From Jatrophihabitans sp. (lineage in GTDB: Bacteria; Actinomycetota; Actinomycetes; Mycobacteriales; Jatrophihabitantaceae), in the NCBI GenBank assembly GCA_035507775.1, contig DATJNU010000042.1, positions 405-64,404 of the forward strand: a stretch of 64,000 nucleotides of DNA. The letters are read 5' to 3'. Under the pieces are notes generated by a model. That model was not told the origin of the DNA and made no database searches. It was given only the letters and a program-made list of their open reading frames with translations. The position numbers were made by a program, and so were the translations under genes. Below are positions 26,816 to 37,756 of the stretch, piece after piece. Within the stretch, counting starts at the first letter, position 1, and every line of letters begins with the position of its first letter.

Positions 26816-26849
26816 CCGATCTGACGGGAACGCCGGGCGTGGGTGGCTG

Positions 26850-27929
26850 TTAGGAGTAGCGCTCGATGATCGAGGCGTCGGCCAGCCGGGAGAGGGCCTC
26901 GCGGATCGTCCGGGCCCGAGCGTCGCCGACCCCGTCCACCGCCTGCAGCTCGTCCACCGTCGCCGCCAGCACCTTCTGCAGGTTGCCGAAGTGTTCGACG
27001 ATCCGGGTCAGCACCGAGCTGGGCAGCCTCGGCACCCGGGACAGCAGCCGGTAGCCGCGCGGGCTGACGGGCTGGTCCAGGGCCTCCGGAGTGCCCGGGT
27101 ACCCCAGTGCCTTGGACACGTTCGTGAGGTCGAGGAGCTCGGCCGACGTGAGCTCCGACAGGTCGCTCATCACCTGCTCGACCGTGCGGCTGCGCCGCCC
27201 GCTGGGCAGGTAGTCGCGGCCGATCAGCTCGCGGTCGGCGTGCACGCCGGCCATCAACTCCTCCAGCTGCAGCGACAGCAGCCGGCCGTCGGTGCCGAGC
27301 TCGGCGCCGTAGCCGGAGATCTCGTCCGAGATCCGGGTGACCATCTCCAGCCGCTGGGAGACCGAGGCGGCGTCCCGCACCGTGACCAGGTCCTCGATCT
27401 CCAGCGCCGACAGGGTCTGAGCGACCTCGTCGAGCCGGGACTTGTAGCGCTCCAGCGTCGCGACCGCCTGATTGGCCCGTGACAGCAGTGAGGTCGAGTT
27501 CTCCAGCACATGCCGCCGGGTGCCGAGGTAGAGGCTGATGATCTTCATCGACTGCGACACCGAGATCACCGGAAAGCCGGTCTGCTGCGCGACCCGCTGG
27601 GCAGTGCGGTGCCTGGTGCCGGACTCCTCGGTCGGGATGGACGGGTCGGGCATCAGGTGGGTGGCGGCCCGGATGATCCGGGCCAGGTCGGTGGTGAGCA
27701 CGACGGCGCCGTCCATCTTCGCCAGCTCGCGCAGCCGGGTGGCGGAGAACTCCACGTCCAGCGGAAAGCCGCCGGTGCAGATGCCGTCCACCGCCTTGTC
27801 GTAGCCCAGCACGATCAGGGCACCGGTGTTGCCGCGCAGGATCCGTTCGAGCCCGTCACGCAGGTCGGTGCCGGGCGCCAGCAGGGCCAGGACGGTGCGC
27901 AGCACGTCGTCGCGATCGGAAATCGCCAT
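26850..27929 (-). CDS. disA: DNA integrity scanning protein / diadenylate cyclase
   Basis: 359 aa: GALIVLGYD...KMDGAVVLT...GTRHRTAQRV (DAC motifs DGA and RHR), plus a C-terminal HhH region (VDGVGDARARTIREAL). Confidence 0.95.
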   Translation of the reverse strand: MAISDRDDVLRTVLALLAPGTDLRDGLERILRGNTGALIVLGYDKAVDGICTGGFPLDVEFSATRLRELAKMDGAVVLTTDLARIIRAATHLMPDPSIPTEESGTRHRTAQRVAQQTGFPVISVSQSMKIISLYLGTRRHVLENSTSLLSRANQAVATLERYKSRLDEVAQTLSALEIEDLVTVRDAASVSQRLEMVTRISDEISGYGAELGTDGRLLSLQLEELMAGVHADRELIGRDYLPSGRRSRTVEQVMSDLSELTSAELLDLTNVSKALGYPGTPEALDQPVSPRGYRLLSRVPRLPSSVLTRIVEHFGNLQKVLAATVDELQAVDGVGDARARTIREALSRLADASIIERYS

Positions 27930-28073
27930 GGGTGCTCACCGTTCCTCTCGATCCGGCCGGACGGGGCCACCGGCGTCCGCCGTGGCGCGGGGGACAAGCC
28001 TCCGTCCGGGATATCTAACTACGCCGACCCGGTCCCGGATCGCGCAGCACGTTGCGCCAGACAGTGTAGGGGG

Positions 28074-29519
28074 TCAAAATGCCCGGCCCACCGCCGTGAG
28101 CAACTCCCATGCCTTGGCCACGGTCGCGACCTCGAGCACCTGCATGCCGGGCACCCGGGACCACTGCGACCCGGCGGGCACCAACGCCTTGCGGAACCCC
28201 AGCCGCCCCGCTTCGGTCAGCCGCCGCTGCACGCTGCTCACCCGCCGGATGTCGCCGGACAGCGACACCTCGCCGATCGCGCACATGGTGGCGGGCAGTG
28301 CGAGGTCGTGTGCCGCGGACGCGATCGCCAGCAGCACCGCCAGGTCGACCGCCGGCTCGACGATCTTGATGCCACCCACGCTGGCGGCGTAGACGTCCCG
28401 CTCGACCAGCGAGGTGCCGGCGTGCCGGGCGAGCACCGCCAGCAGCATGTTGGCGCGGGAGGAGTCCAGGTCGGTGAACGAGCGCCGGGCCGAGCCGGCG
28501 TGCCCGTACGGTGCCGAGACCAGCGACTGCACCTCCGACAGCAGCGGCCGCCGGCCGGTCACCGTCACCGTCACGCAGGTGCCGGGGACCGCGATGTCGC
28601 GGGCGCTGAGGAACAGCCCGGACGGATCGGGCAGCTCGTCGATGCCCTCCTCGTGCATCTCGAAGCAGCCGACCTCGTCGGTGGCGCCGAACCGGTTCTT
28701 GATCGAACGCAGCATCCGCAGCGAGGAGTGCCGGTCGCCCTCGAAGTAGAGCACCACGTCCACCAGGTGCTCCAGCGCGCGCGGCCCGGCGATGGAGCCG
28801 TCCTTGGTCACGTGGCCGACCAGCACGGTGGCGATGCCACGCTCCTTGGCGACCGCGCTGATCGAGGCGGTGACGGCGCGGATCTGGGGCACGCCGCCGA
28901 CCACCCCGTCGACGGTGGCCGAGGCAATGGTCTGCACCGAGTCGAGGATCAACAGGCCGGGCTTGACCTCGTCCAGGTGGGTGAGCACGGCGCCCAGGTC
29001 GTTCTCGGCGGCCAGGTACAGCTCGGGGTGCATCGTGTGGGTCCGCTCGGCCCGGGCCCGCACTTGGGCGGTGGACTCCTCGCCGGTGACGATCAGGGCA
29101 GGGCTGCCACTGGACTCCGCGAAGCGCTGGCCGACCTCCAGTAGCAGGGTGGACTTGCCGACGCCTGGCTCACCGGCCAGCAGCAGCACGGCGCCGGGCA
29201 TCAGGCCACCGCCCAGCACCCGGTCCAGCTCGGCGATGCCGGTCGGCCGCGCGCGGGCCACCGACGCGTCCTGCCGGCCGATCGGCAGCGCGGCGACCCG
29301 GGGCGTGACGGGGGTGGGCAGGCTGAGCGCCGCCGCGCGCACGCCCTCCTCGGCCATCGTTCCCCAGGCCTGGCACTCCGGGCAGCGGCCGACCCAGCGG
29401 ACCGCCGTCATGCCGCACTCGGTGCAGGCGTAGCCGGGCGCGCGGCGGCCCTGCTTGGAACTGGACTTGCCCGGGCTGCCGGTGGAGGTGGTCACGGCGG
29501 CGACGCTACCGGCAGCCAC
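28074..29519 (-). CDS. radA: DNA repair protein RadA/Sms
   Basis: Zinc finger CTECGMTAVRWVGRCPECQAWG, Walker A GEPGVGKST, IKNRFGATDE, and a Lon-like C-terminal domain. The exact start (GTG at 29519) is uncertain. Confidence 0.95.
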   Translation of the reverse strand: MAAGSVAAVTTSTGSPGKSSSKQGRRAPGYACTECGMTAVRWVGRCPECQAWGTMAEEGVRAAALSLPTPVTPRVAALPIGRQDASVARARPTGIAELDRVLGGGLMPGAVLLLAGEPGVGKSTLLLEVGQRFAESSGSPALIVTGEESTAQVRARAERTHTMHPELYLAAENDLGAVLTHLDEVKPGLLILDSVQTIASATVDGVVGGVPQIRAVTASISAVAKERGIATVLVGHVTKDGSIAGPRALEHLVDVVLYFEGDRHSSLRMLRSIKNRFGATDEVGCFEMHEEGIDELPDPSGLFLSARDIAVPGTCVTVTVTGRRPLLSEVQSLVSAPYGHAGSARRSFTDLDSSRANMLLAVLARHAGTSLVERDVYAASVGGIKIVEPAVDLAVLLAIASAAHDLALPATMCAIGEVSLSGDIRRVSSVQRRLTEAGRLGFRKALVPAGSQWSRVPGMQVLEVATVAKAWELLTAVGRAF

Positions 29520-29560
29520 CGACAGAACCGCTCAGGTGGCGAGGCCGCCTGAGCGGTGGG

Positions 29561-30298
29561 TCAGTTCTTGGCCTCGGTGGGTTCGGTCGCCTGGCTGAGC
29601 ACCGGCGCGGACGGGGCCTCGCTGGCCAGCTGCACCGGCACCGGGAGGGTGAAGCTCGTGCCGTCGGAGAAGGTGAACGTGACGGGCACCGTCTGGGCCG
29701 GGTAGAGGGCGTCGGTCAGCTGGTTCAGCACGACGTTGGGTCCGATCGCGCTGAAGCCGACCTGCACCGAGCCGCCGGCCGGCACCTCGATCGGGCTGCT
29801 CGGGGTCTCGCTGCCGGACGGCGCGGTCGAACTCTCGGAGGGGCTGGCCGATCCCGTCGGCGAGGCCGACGCGGAGGCAGAGCCCGTGGCGGAGCCGCTG
29901 GCGGTAGCCGATCCGCTGGCGGACTCACCGGCCGAACTGGGCGAGGTCGACGAGGTCTCGTTCACGCCGACGTTGCTGACCTGGGTGCTGCCGGCGGCGG
30001 GCGTGGAGACCGACTGCAACTCCACCTTGGCCGGGCCGTTGTTGACCAGCACCAGCTGCAGCATGGCGTCGCCGCCCTTGGTGTAGGTGCCGTCGGTGCC
30101 CGAGACGATGGCCGCGGTGCGGACCGAGATCGGTCCGGCGTCGGTGGAGGCGCCGTCGATCGGGGGGCGCTGGTTCACCGTCTGGGCGTCCTGGCCGGCG
30201 GCGCAGCCGGCCAGCAGGAAGGCGCCGGCCGCGATGGTGGCGGCAGCTGCGGTGAACCGTCGAATGGCTCCGGACCGGCCCGGCAACTCCTTCGGCAC
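29561..30298 (-). CDS. lipoprotein (LpqE-like by position) with Ser/Ala/Gly/Thr-rich insert
   Basis: Lipobox FLLAGC. The low-complexity stretch SSAGESASGSATASGSATGSASASASPTGSASPSESS splits a beta-rich domain. It sits between radA and carD, as lpqE does in mycobacteria (from memory). Confidence 0.7.
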   Translation of the reverse strand: MPKELPGRSGAIRRFTAAAATIAAGAFLLAGCAAGQDAQTVNQRPPIDGASTDAGPISVRTAAIVSGTDGTYTKGGDAMLQLVLVNNGPAKVELQSVSTPAAGSTQVSNVGVNETSSTSPSSAGESASGSATASGSATGSASASASPTGSASPSESSTAPSGSETPSSPIEVPAGGSVQVGFSAIGPNVVLNQLTDALYPAQTVPVTFTFSDGTSFTLPVPVQLASEAPSAPVLSQATEPTEAKN

Positions 30299-30628
30299 GC
30301 TCTCCAGCTCCTCACGCCTCGGGGCAACTAGCCGACCGTCGCCGACGGCCGTCCGGCTCAGCGTAGCGAGCCGCGGGCGACCGGCCGCCGATAGGGTCGC
30401 GCGCCGGGCCCCGGCCCCCGTTCAGGGCGAGCCAGGCCCCGCTTCGCTACCGGCTGCCGGGGCTGCCGGCAGGGCGCCCGAGGCTGCTTCGCCGGGCTCG
30501 CCCGACCGCGCTGCCGGTGCTCGCCCAACTGCGCGTATAGCACGGTGGGAGGGCTGGGGCGGGCGATCTTCGAGCTGGGCGTGTCGCCGCCACGTGTTAC
30601 CCTTGGGGAACCGAAAGGGGTTGCCTCT

Positions 30629-31120
30629 ATGACTTTTGAGGTCGGCGAAACCGTCGTATATCCGCACCATGGCGCTGCCAAAATCGAGGCAATCGAGAAG
30701 CGCATTATCAAGGGTGAAGAAAAGGCCTATCTGGTCCTCAAGGTGCAGCAGGGCGATTTGACCGTCCGAGTGCCGGCCGACAATGCCGAAATCGTCGGGG
30801 TGCGTGACGTCGTCGGGCAGGAGGGGCTGGACCGGGTGTTCGAGGTGCTGCGCGCACCGCACACCGAGGAGCCCACCAACTGGTCCCGGCGCTACAAGGC
30901 CAACGGCGAGAAGCTCGCCTCGGGTGACGTCAACAAGGTCGCCGAGGTCGTCCGCGACCTGTGGCGTCGCGAGAAGGACCGGGGCCTGTCCGCGGGCGAG
31001 AAGCGGATGCTGGCCAAGGCCCGCCAGATTCTGGTCAGCGAACTGGCACTGGCCGAGGGAACCAACGAGGACAAGGCCGAACTCGTCTTGGACGAGGTGC
31101 TGGCCGAAGCCGTCGCCTGA
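30629..31120 (+). CDS. carD: RNA polymerase-binding transcription factor CarD
   Basis: ATG 30629: [39 protein letters not shown]...NWSRRYKAN, 163 aa. The track ORF is over-extended to 30545. Confidence 0.95.
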   Translation: MTFEVGETVVYPHHGAAKIEAIEKRIIKGEEKAYLVLKVQQGDLTVRVPADNAEIVGVRDVVGQEGLDRVFEVLRAPHTEEPTNWSRRYKANGEKLASGDVNKVAEVVRDLWRREKDRGLSAGEKRMLAKARQILVSELALAEGTNEDKAELVLDEVLAEAVA

Positions 31121-31147
31121 TCATTTCTCTATCGGCGTTGTGCGGCG

Positions 31148-31813
31148 ATGAGTGTTGCTGCGGTCCTGGTCGCGGCCGGTTCCGGTGAACGACTTGGGCT
31201 GGGCATGCCTAAGGCCCTGGTCGGCCTCGCCGGGCGCAGCCTCCTGGACTGGTCGCTGGCCGCATTCACCGAGCACCTTGCTGTCGACGAGGTGGTGGTG
31301 GTCGCCCCGGCGGCCGCTGCCGAGAGTCTGAGCACCGTGCTCGGGCCCGGCCCGGTCACGGTGGTGCCGGGCGGCCACACCCGTTCCGAATCGGTGCGTC
31401 GGGGCTTGGCCGCGCTGTCTGACAGCACGGAATTCGTGCTGGTGCACGACGCGGCCCGGCCGCTGGTGCCCACTGAGATGATCTCGAACGTGGTCGACGC
31501 CCTGCTCGCCGGAGCCGAGGCGGTGATCCCGGTGGTGCCCGTGGTCGACACCGTCAAGCGGGTGGCGGACGGACGGGTGGTCGAGACCGTGGACCGCGGT
31601 GAGCTGTGCCGGGTGCAGACGCCGCAGGGCTTCCGGCTGGCCGAGCTGCGGCAGGCCTACGCGGCCGCCCCGGAGCTGGTCGCCACCGATGACGCCGGCG
31701 TGGTGGAGGCCCACGGCGGCAAGGTGGTGACGGTGGCGGGCGACGAGACGGCCTTCAAGATCACCACCCCGTACGACCTGCGGCTGGCCGAGTTGCTGGT
31801 GGCCAGCCGATGA
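31148..31813 (+). CDS. ispD: 2-C-methyl-D-erythritol 4-phosphate cytidylyltransferase
   Basis: [12 protein letters not shown]...[15 protein letters not shown]...[11 protein letters not shown]...VQTPQGF. Confidence 0.93.
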   Translation: MSVAAVLVAAGSGERLGLGMPKALVGLAGRSLLDWSLAAFTEHLAVDEVVVVAPAAAAESLSTVLGPGPVTVVPGGHTRSESVRRGLAALSDSTEFVLVHDAARPLVPTEMISNVVDALLAGAEAVIPVVPVVDTVKRVADGRVVETVDRGELCRVQTPQGFRLAELRQAYAAAPELVATDDAGVVEAHGGKVVTVAGDETAFKITTPYDLRLAELLVASR

Positions 31814-32280
31814 CGATGCCGCGGGTCGGCGTGGGGGTCGACGTCCATCCGGTCGAGGCCGGCCGCGAGTGCTGGATCGCCGGGCTCTTCTGGCCGAACG
31901 TCGACGGGTGTGCCGGGCACTCCGACGGTGACGTGGTCTGTCACGCCGCGTGCGACGCGTTGCTGTCCGCGGCGGGTCTCGGCGATCTCGGGGCGGTCTT
32001 CGGCACCAACGATCCCCGGTGGGACGGCGCGTCCGGCATCGACCTGCTGGTAGAGGTGATGAGCCTGCTCCGCAAGGGCAGCTGGCGGGTCGGCAACCTG
32101 GCTGTGCAGCTCGTGGGCAACCGGCCCAAGCTGGGGCCGCGCCGGCAGGACGCGGAGGCATTGCTGTCCGACGTGGTCGGCGCCCCGGTCAGCCTGGCGG
32201 CCACCACCACCGACGGGCTCGGCCTCACCGGCCGGGGCGAGGGCCTGGCCGCGATCGCCACCGCTGTCATCGCCCGCTGA
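31810..32280 (+). CDS. ispF: 2-C-methyl-D-erythritol 2,4-cyclodiphosphate synthase
   Basis: The start overlaps the ispD stop. [11 protein letters not shown]...[17 protein letters not shown]...[14 protein letters not shown]. Confidence 0.93.
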   Translation: MTMPRVGVGVDVHPVEAGRECWIAGLFWPNVDGCAGHSDGDVVCHAACDALLSAAGLGDLGAVFGTNDPRWDGASGIDLLVEVMSLLRKGSWRVGNLAVQLVGNRPKLGPRRQDAEALLSDVVGAPVSLAATTTDGLGLTGRGEGLAAIATAVIAR

Positions 32281-32323
32281 ACCGCGTCCCCGCTGGTCGA
32301 GGCTGGGCACGGAGGGGCGCCCG

Positions 32324-33436
32324 TCAGGCCAGCGCCTGTGCCAGGTCGGCCCAGAGGTCCTCGACGTGTTCGACGCCGACCGACAGCCTGATCAGCTCGG
32401 CCGGGGTGCCCTGCGCCAGCTCGCCCGGGTAGCTGCCGCGCCGCTCGATCAGCGACTCCACCCCGCCGATGCTGGTGGCGTGCGTGATCAGCCGTACCCG
32501 GCGGCACAGCGCGTCCGCGGCCTCCACCGACCCGAGCGTGAACGAGACGATCGCCCCGTGGTGGTCCAGCAGCGTGTCCACCAGCTTCGCCTGCGGGTGG
32601 CTGTCGAAGCCGAGGTAGTGGATCGCCCGGACGGCCGGGTGCTCGGCTAGCCGATCGGCCAGCACCGTGGCGTTGGCGCACGCCCGTTCCAGCCGGACCG
32701 GCAGCGTCCGCACCCCGCGCAGGGCCAGGAACGACTCCAGCGCGCCGGGCATCGCGCCGGTGAGGCTGCGCCGGGCGAGCAAGGCCGCGTGCCGCTGCTC
32801 GTCGGCCACCGTCAGCACGCCCATCAACAGGTCGCTGTGGCCGGCGATCCACTTGGTGGCCGAGTGCATCGACACGTCCGCGCCGTGCTCCAGCGGCCGG
32901 ATGCCGAGCGGGGTGGCCAGGGTCGCGTCCACGACGCTGAGCACGCCCCGGTGCCGGGCCGCGGCGGCCAGCTCGGGCAGGTCCGGCACCACCAGTCCCG
33001 GGTTGGTGGGCAGCTCCAGCCAGAGCAGCGCGGCACCGTCCAGCGCGGCGACGGTCGCGTCGAGGTCGGTGACGTCGACGACCCGCAGCTCCAGCCGGCC
33101 GAGCTCGGCCTGCCGGTCGAAGATCGTCCGGTGGTAGTTGTAGAAGGAGTCCGGCAGCACCAGCGCCGCTCCGGCCGGCAGGTCGGCGACGAGCGCGTTC
33201 GTGGCCGCCACCCCGGAGGCGAAGCTGACCGTGTGCCCGCCTTCCAGCGCGCCCACCGCGGCCTCGAAGGCCGCGGTGGTGTCGTTGCCGTCACGCCCGT
33301 AGACGCGGTCACCGCCGGCGTGGAAGGTCGAGGTCAGCACTACCGGCTGGTTCACCGGCCCGGCGCCGGACCTGTCCGGCCGGCCCGCGGCGACCGCGAT
33401 CGAGTCGGGATGCAGCTCGTGCGAGGAAGTGTCCAC
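32324..33436 (-). CDS. Cys/Met-metabolism PLP-dependent enzyme (cystathionine gamma-lyase/synthase family)
   Basis: 370 aa with the PLP-Lys motif HSATKWIAGHSD and the family-typical ELPTNP. Confidence 0.85.
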   Translation of the reverse strand: MDTSSHELHPDSIAVAAGRPDRSGAGPVNQPVVLTSTFHAGGDRVYGRDGNDTTAAFEAAVGALEGGHTVSFASGVAATNALVADLPAGAALVLPDSFYNYHRTIFDRQAELGRLELRVVDVTDLDATVAALDGAALLWLELPTNPGLVVPDLPELAAAARHRGVLSVVDATLATPLGIRPLEHGADVSMHSATKWIAGHSDLLMGVLTVADEQRHAALLARRSLTGAMPGALESFLALRGVRTLPVRLERACANATVLADRLAEHPAVRAIHYLGFDSHPQAKLVDTLLDHHGAIVSFTLGSVEAADALCRRVRLITHATSIGGVESLIERRGSYPGELAQGTPAELIRLSVGVEHVEDLWADLAQALA

Positions 33437-33486
33437 GAACCGAATCTAGTCGGCGGCGCCGGCCCTGCCCTTCGTACGATCAAGGA

Positions 33487-33876
33487 ATGACTGCCTTGCC
33501 GGAGCGTGCCAGGACCCTGCTCGACGACGCCAACTTCGTGGTGGTGGCGACCAGCAACACCGACGGTTCGCCGCAGACCTCGGTGCTGTGGGCGACCCAC
33601 GACGGCGACCAGTTGCTGCTGTCGACCACCCAGGGCCGCAAGAAGGAGACGAACTGGCTCCGGGACCCGCGGGCCAGCGTGCTGATCCTCGACAAGGCCG
33701 ACCCGTACCGCTACGTCGAGGTGCGCGGGACGGTCAGCATGACCACAGACGGCGGCCCGCAGCTGATCGAGCGGCTGTCGCAGATCTACACCGGCCAGAG
33801 CTACACCGGCGACGAGGGGACCGACAACATCCGGGTGGTGGTCCGGGTGACGCCGACCCGGGTCATTGTGCGGTAA
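33487..33876 (+). CDS. PPOX-class (pyridoxamine 5'-phosphate oxidase-like) probable F420-dependent enzyme
   Basis: 129 aa: LLDDANFVVVATSNTDGSPQTSVLWATHDGDQLLLSTTQGRKKETNWLRDPRASVLI. Confidence 0.8.
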   Translation: MTALPERARTLLDDANFVVVATSNTDGSPQTSVLWATHDGDQLLLSTTQGRKKETNWLRDPRASVLILDKADPYRYVEVRGTVSMTTDGGPQLIERLSQIYTGQSYTGDEGTDNIRVVVRVTPTRVIVR

Positions 33877-33896
33877 GTGCCCCGTAGACTTGCCCG

Positions 33897-35288
33897 GTGA
33901 CGCTCAGGCTGTACGACACCGCTACCAGGACGGTCCGGGACTTCGAGCCCCTCGTTCCCGGCCAGGCTTCGATCTATCTGTGCGGAGCCACGGTCCAGGG
34001 CGAGCCCCACATCGGGCACCTGCGGTCCGGGCTCAACTTCGACATCCTGCGCCGGTGGCTGGAGTACCGCGGCTACGAGGTGACCTTCGTCCGCAACGTC
34101 ACCGACATCGACGACAAGATCCTCACCAAGGCGGCCGAGGCCGGCCGGCCCTGGTGGGCGCACGCCACGATCTTCGAGCAGGCATTCCGCGACGGCTACC
34201 GGATCCTCGGCTGCCTGCCACCGACCATCGAGCCGCGTGCGACCGGGCACATCCCCGAGATGATCACCCTGATGCAGCGGCTGATCTCGACCGGGAACGC
34301 CTACGCCTCCGAGGGCGACGTCTACTTCGATGTCCGGTCGTTCGCGGCGTACGGGCGGCTGTCCGGCCAGAAGGTGGACGAGATGCTGCCGGCCGGCGAC
34401 TCGGTGGGCGAGTCCCGCAAGCGCGATCCGCGCGACTTCGCGCTCTGGAAGTCGGCCAAGCCGGGTGAGCCGAGCTGGCCGACGCCGTGGGGGGACGGGC
34501 GTCCCGGCTGGCACCTGGAGTGCTCGGCCATGGCCGGCAAGTACCTCGGCTCGGCGTTCGACATCCACGGCGGTGGCCTGGACCTGATCTTCCCGCACCA
34601 CGAGAACGAGGTCGCCCAATCGGTCGCGGCCGGGGGCGAGTTCGCCCGCTACTGGATGCACAACGGCTGGGTGACGATGGCCGGCGAGAAGATGTCGAAG
34701 TCGCTGGGCAACACAGTGAGCATCGCCGAGATGGCAAAGCGCTGGCGGCCGGTCGAGCTGCGCTATTACCTCGGGGCGGTGCACTACCGCTCCGCGATCG
34801 AGTACTCGGCCGAGTCGCTGGCCGAGTCCGCCACCGCGTACACCGGCCTGGAGAACTTCGTGCAGCGCGCCGTCGAACTGGTCGGGGAGCCCGAACGGCT
34901 GCCCGAGCCGCCGCCCGAGTTCTGCGCGGCGATGGACGACGACCTCAACGTCTCGCAGGCGCTCGCGGTGCTGCACGGGGCCCGCCGAGCCGGCAACTCC
35001 GCGCTGGCCGCCTCGGACAAGACGGCGGTGGCCGAGTCGCTGGCGGCGGTGCTGGCGATGACCGACGTGCTGGGCCTCAACCCGTTGCGCTGGCAGGCCA
35101 CCAGCGGGGAGGCCGTGGCACTGCACGACACCGTGTCGCAGCTGATCGACCTCGCGCTGCGGCAGCGGCAGGCAGCACGCGAGCGCAAGGACTACGCCTC
35201 CTCCGACCAGATCCGGGACACCCTGGCGGCGGCCGGCGTGGTCGTCGAGGACACCCCGGACGGCCCGCGCTGGACGCTGGCCAGGTAA
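33897..35288 (+). CDS. cysS: cysteine--tRNA ligase
   Basis: GTG 33897. [11 protein letters not shown]...[17 protein letters not shown] (HIGH motif), KMSKSLGN (KMSKS motif). Confidence 0.95.
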   Translation: MTLRLYDTATRTVRDFEPLVPGQASIYLCGATVQGEPHIGHLRSGLNFDILRRWLEYRGYEVTFVRNVTDIDDKILTKAAEAGRPWWAHATIFEQAFRDGYRILGCLPPTIEPRATGHIPEMITLMQRLISTGNAYASEGDVYFDVRSFAAYGRLSGQKVDEMLPAGDSVGESRKRDPRDFALWKSAKPGEPSWPTPWGDGRPGWHLECSAMAGKYLGSAFDIHGGGLDLIFPHHENEVAQSVAAGGEFARYWMHNGWVTMAGEKMSKSLGNTVSIAEMAKRWRPVELRYYLGAVHYRSAIEYSAESLAESATAYTGLENFVQRAVELVGEPERLPEPPPEFCAAMDDDLNVSQALAVLHGARRAGNSALAASDKTAVAESLAAVLAMTDVLGLNPLRWQATSGEAVALHDTVSQLIDLALRQRQAARERKDYASSDQIRDTLAAAGVVVEDTPDGPRWTLAR

Positions 35289-35318
35289 CGCCCGAATCCG
35301 AACGAGAACAGGTCGATA

Positions 35319-36278
35319 ATGGCAGGCAATTCATCTCGCCGTGGCGCGGTCCGCAAGGGCAAGAAGGGCGCCACCGTCGGCTCCGGCGGGAACCGGGCGC
35401 GCGGGCTGGCAGGCAAGGGACCGACCCCGAAGGCGACCGAGCGCAAGGGGCATCCGGCGGCCCGGCGGGCTGCGGCCGCCGAGCGCCGGTCTGCGGAGTC
35501 CGGCCGGCGACGGGGCGGCCCCCGCAACACCGACGCACCCGAGCTGCTGGTGGGGCGCAACCCGGTCGCCGAGGCGCTGCGGGCCGCGATCCCCGCGAAC
35601 GCGCTGTACGTCGCCGTCGGCATCGAGGCGGACGAGCGGGTGACCGAGGCGATCCACCTGGCCGCCGACCGGGGGCTGCCGATCCTGGAGGTCAGCAAGT
35701 CCGAGATCGACCGGCGGACCGGCGGCATCCTGCACCAGGGCATCGCGCTGCAGGTGCCGGCCTTCGTCTACGACGAGCTGCCCGACCTGCTCGACCTGGT
35801 GGCACAGTCCACCACCACGCCGCTGCTGGTGGCGCTCGACGGCGTGACCGACCCGCGCAACCTCGGCGCGGTGATCCGGTCCGCGGTGGCCTTCGGCGCG
35901 CAGGGCATCGTGCTGCCGACCCGCCGCTCGGCCGGCGTCACCGCGACTGCCTGGCGCACCTCGGCGGGCACCGCTGCGCGGATCCCGGTGGCCCAGGTGA
36001 CCAACCTGGTGCGGGCGCTGCGGGACTGCCAGCAGGCCGGCCTGCAGGTGGCCGGCCTGGATGCGGACGGCGACACGACGCTGGACGACTTCGGCTTCGC
36101 CACCGATCCGCTGGTGGTCGTGGTGGGCTCGGAGGGCCGCGGCCTGTCACGGCTGGTGGGCGAGACCTGCGACGTCCGGCTCTCCATCCCGATGACCGGC
36201 CTGGCCGAGTCGCTGAACGCCTCGGTGGCCGCCGCGGTGACGCTGGCCGAGGTGGCCCGGCAGCGCCGGCTGGCCTGA
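35319..36278 (+). CDS. rlmB: SpoU/TrmH-family 23S rRNA 2'-O-methyltransferase
   Basis: A basic N-terminal tail is followed by [11 protein letters not shown]...[16 protein letters not shown]...[11 protein letters not shown]...[18 protein letters not shown]. Confidence 0.85.
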   Translation: MAGNSSRRGAVRKGKKGATVGSGGNRARGLAGKGPTPKATERKGHPAARRAAAAERRSAESGRRRGGPRNTDAPELLVGRNPVAEALRAAIPANALYVAVGIEADERVTEAIHLAADRGLPILEVSKSEIDRRTGGILHQGIALQVPAFVYDELPDLLDLVAQSTTTPLLVALDGVTDPRNLGAVIRSAVAFGAQGIVLPTRRSAGVTATAWRTSAGTAARIPVAQVTNLVRALRDCQQAGLQVAGLDADGDTTLDDFGFATDPLVVVVGSEGRGLSRLVGETCDVRLSIPMTGLAESLNASVAAAVTLAEVARQRRLA

Positions 36279-36295
36279 CACCCCGAACGCACGAC

Positions 36296-36329
36296 GAAGG
36301 GGACGCCGTCGGTGGTCGGCGTCCCCTTC
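36296..36329. terminator. bidirectional hairpin terminator
   Basis: GAAGGGGACGCC-(10 nt)-GGCGTCCCCTTC forms a perfect 12-bp stem between the convergent rlmB stop (36278) and the ABC ATPase stop (36343). Confidence 0.7.
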
Positions 36330-36342
36330 GCAGTACCGCTGG

Positions 36343-37458
<1,116 letters not shown>

Positions 37459-37756
37459 CGCTGATCCTCTCGGTGAGCGGTGACCGCACCGGGTACGGGC
37501 TCGCGCGGGTGCGCGGGCCTCACGGTATTCCGGCCGGTGCTGTGGTCCGCCCCCACCGATGGAAGGCGGCAGCCCCGACCGGCATAGCGGTCGACGACGC
37601 TGCCATTGGACCCGTCGGCATCGCTCGGCGTCAAGCGATGCCGATTCGATACCAAAGACCATTGACCATTGCGCCAGATTTGCACATATTTATCCCGCAA
37701 GATCATTCCCCCGCGGGCGGCTGCCCCCGCCGTCCCCACCTTCCGAGGAGAACTGC

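Noticed and set aside
37459-37756. c-di-AMP (ydaO-type) riboswitch upstream of the GH25 cell-wall hydrolase, considered because such riboswitches precede cell-wall hydrolase genes in actinobacteria and disA is nearby
   Set aside because: I could not find the conserved ydaO sequence blocks or the pseudo-two-fold architecture by eye. An Infernal/Rfam scan would be needed to revisit this.
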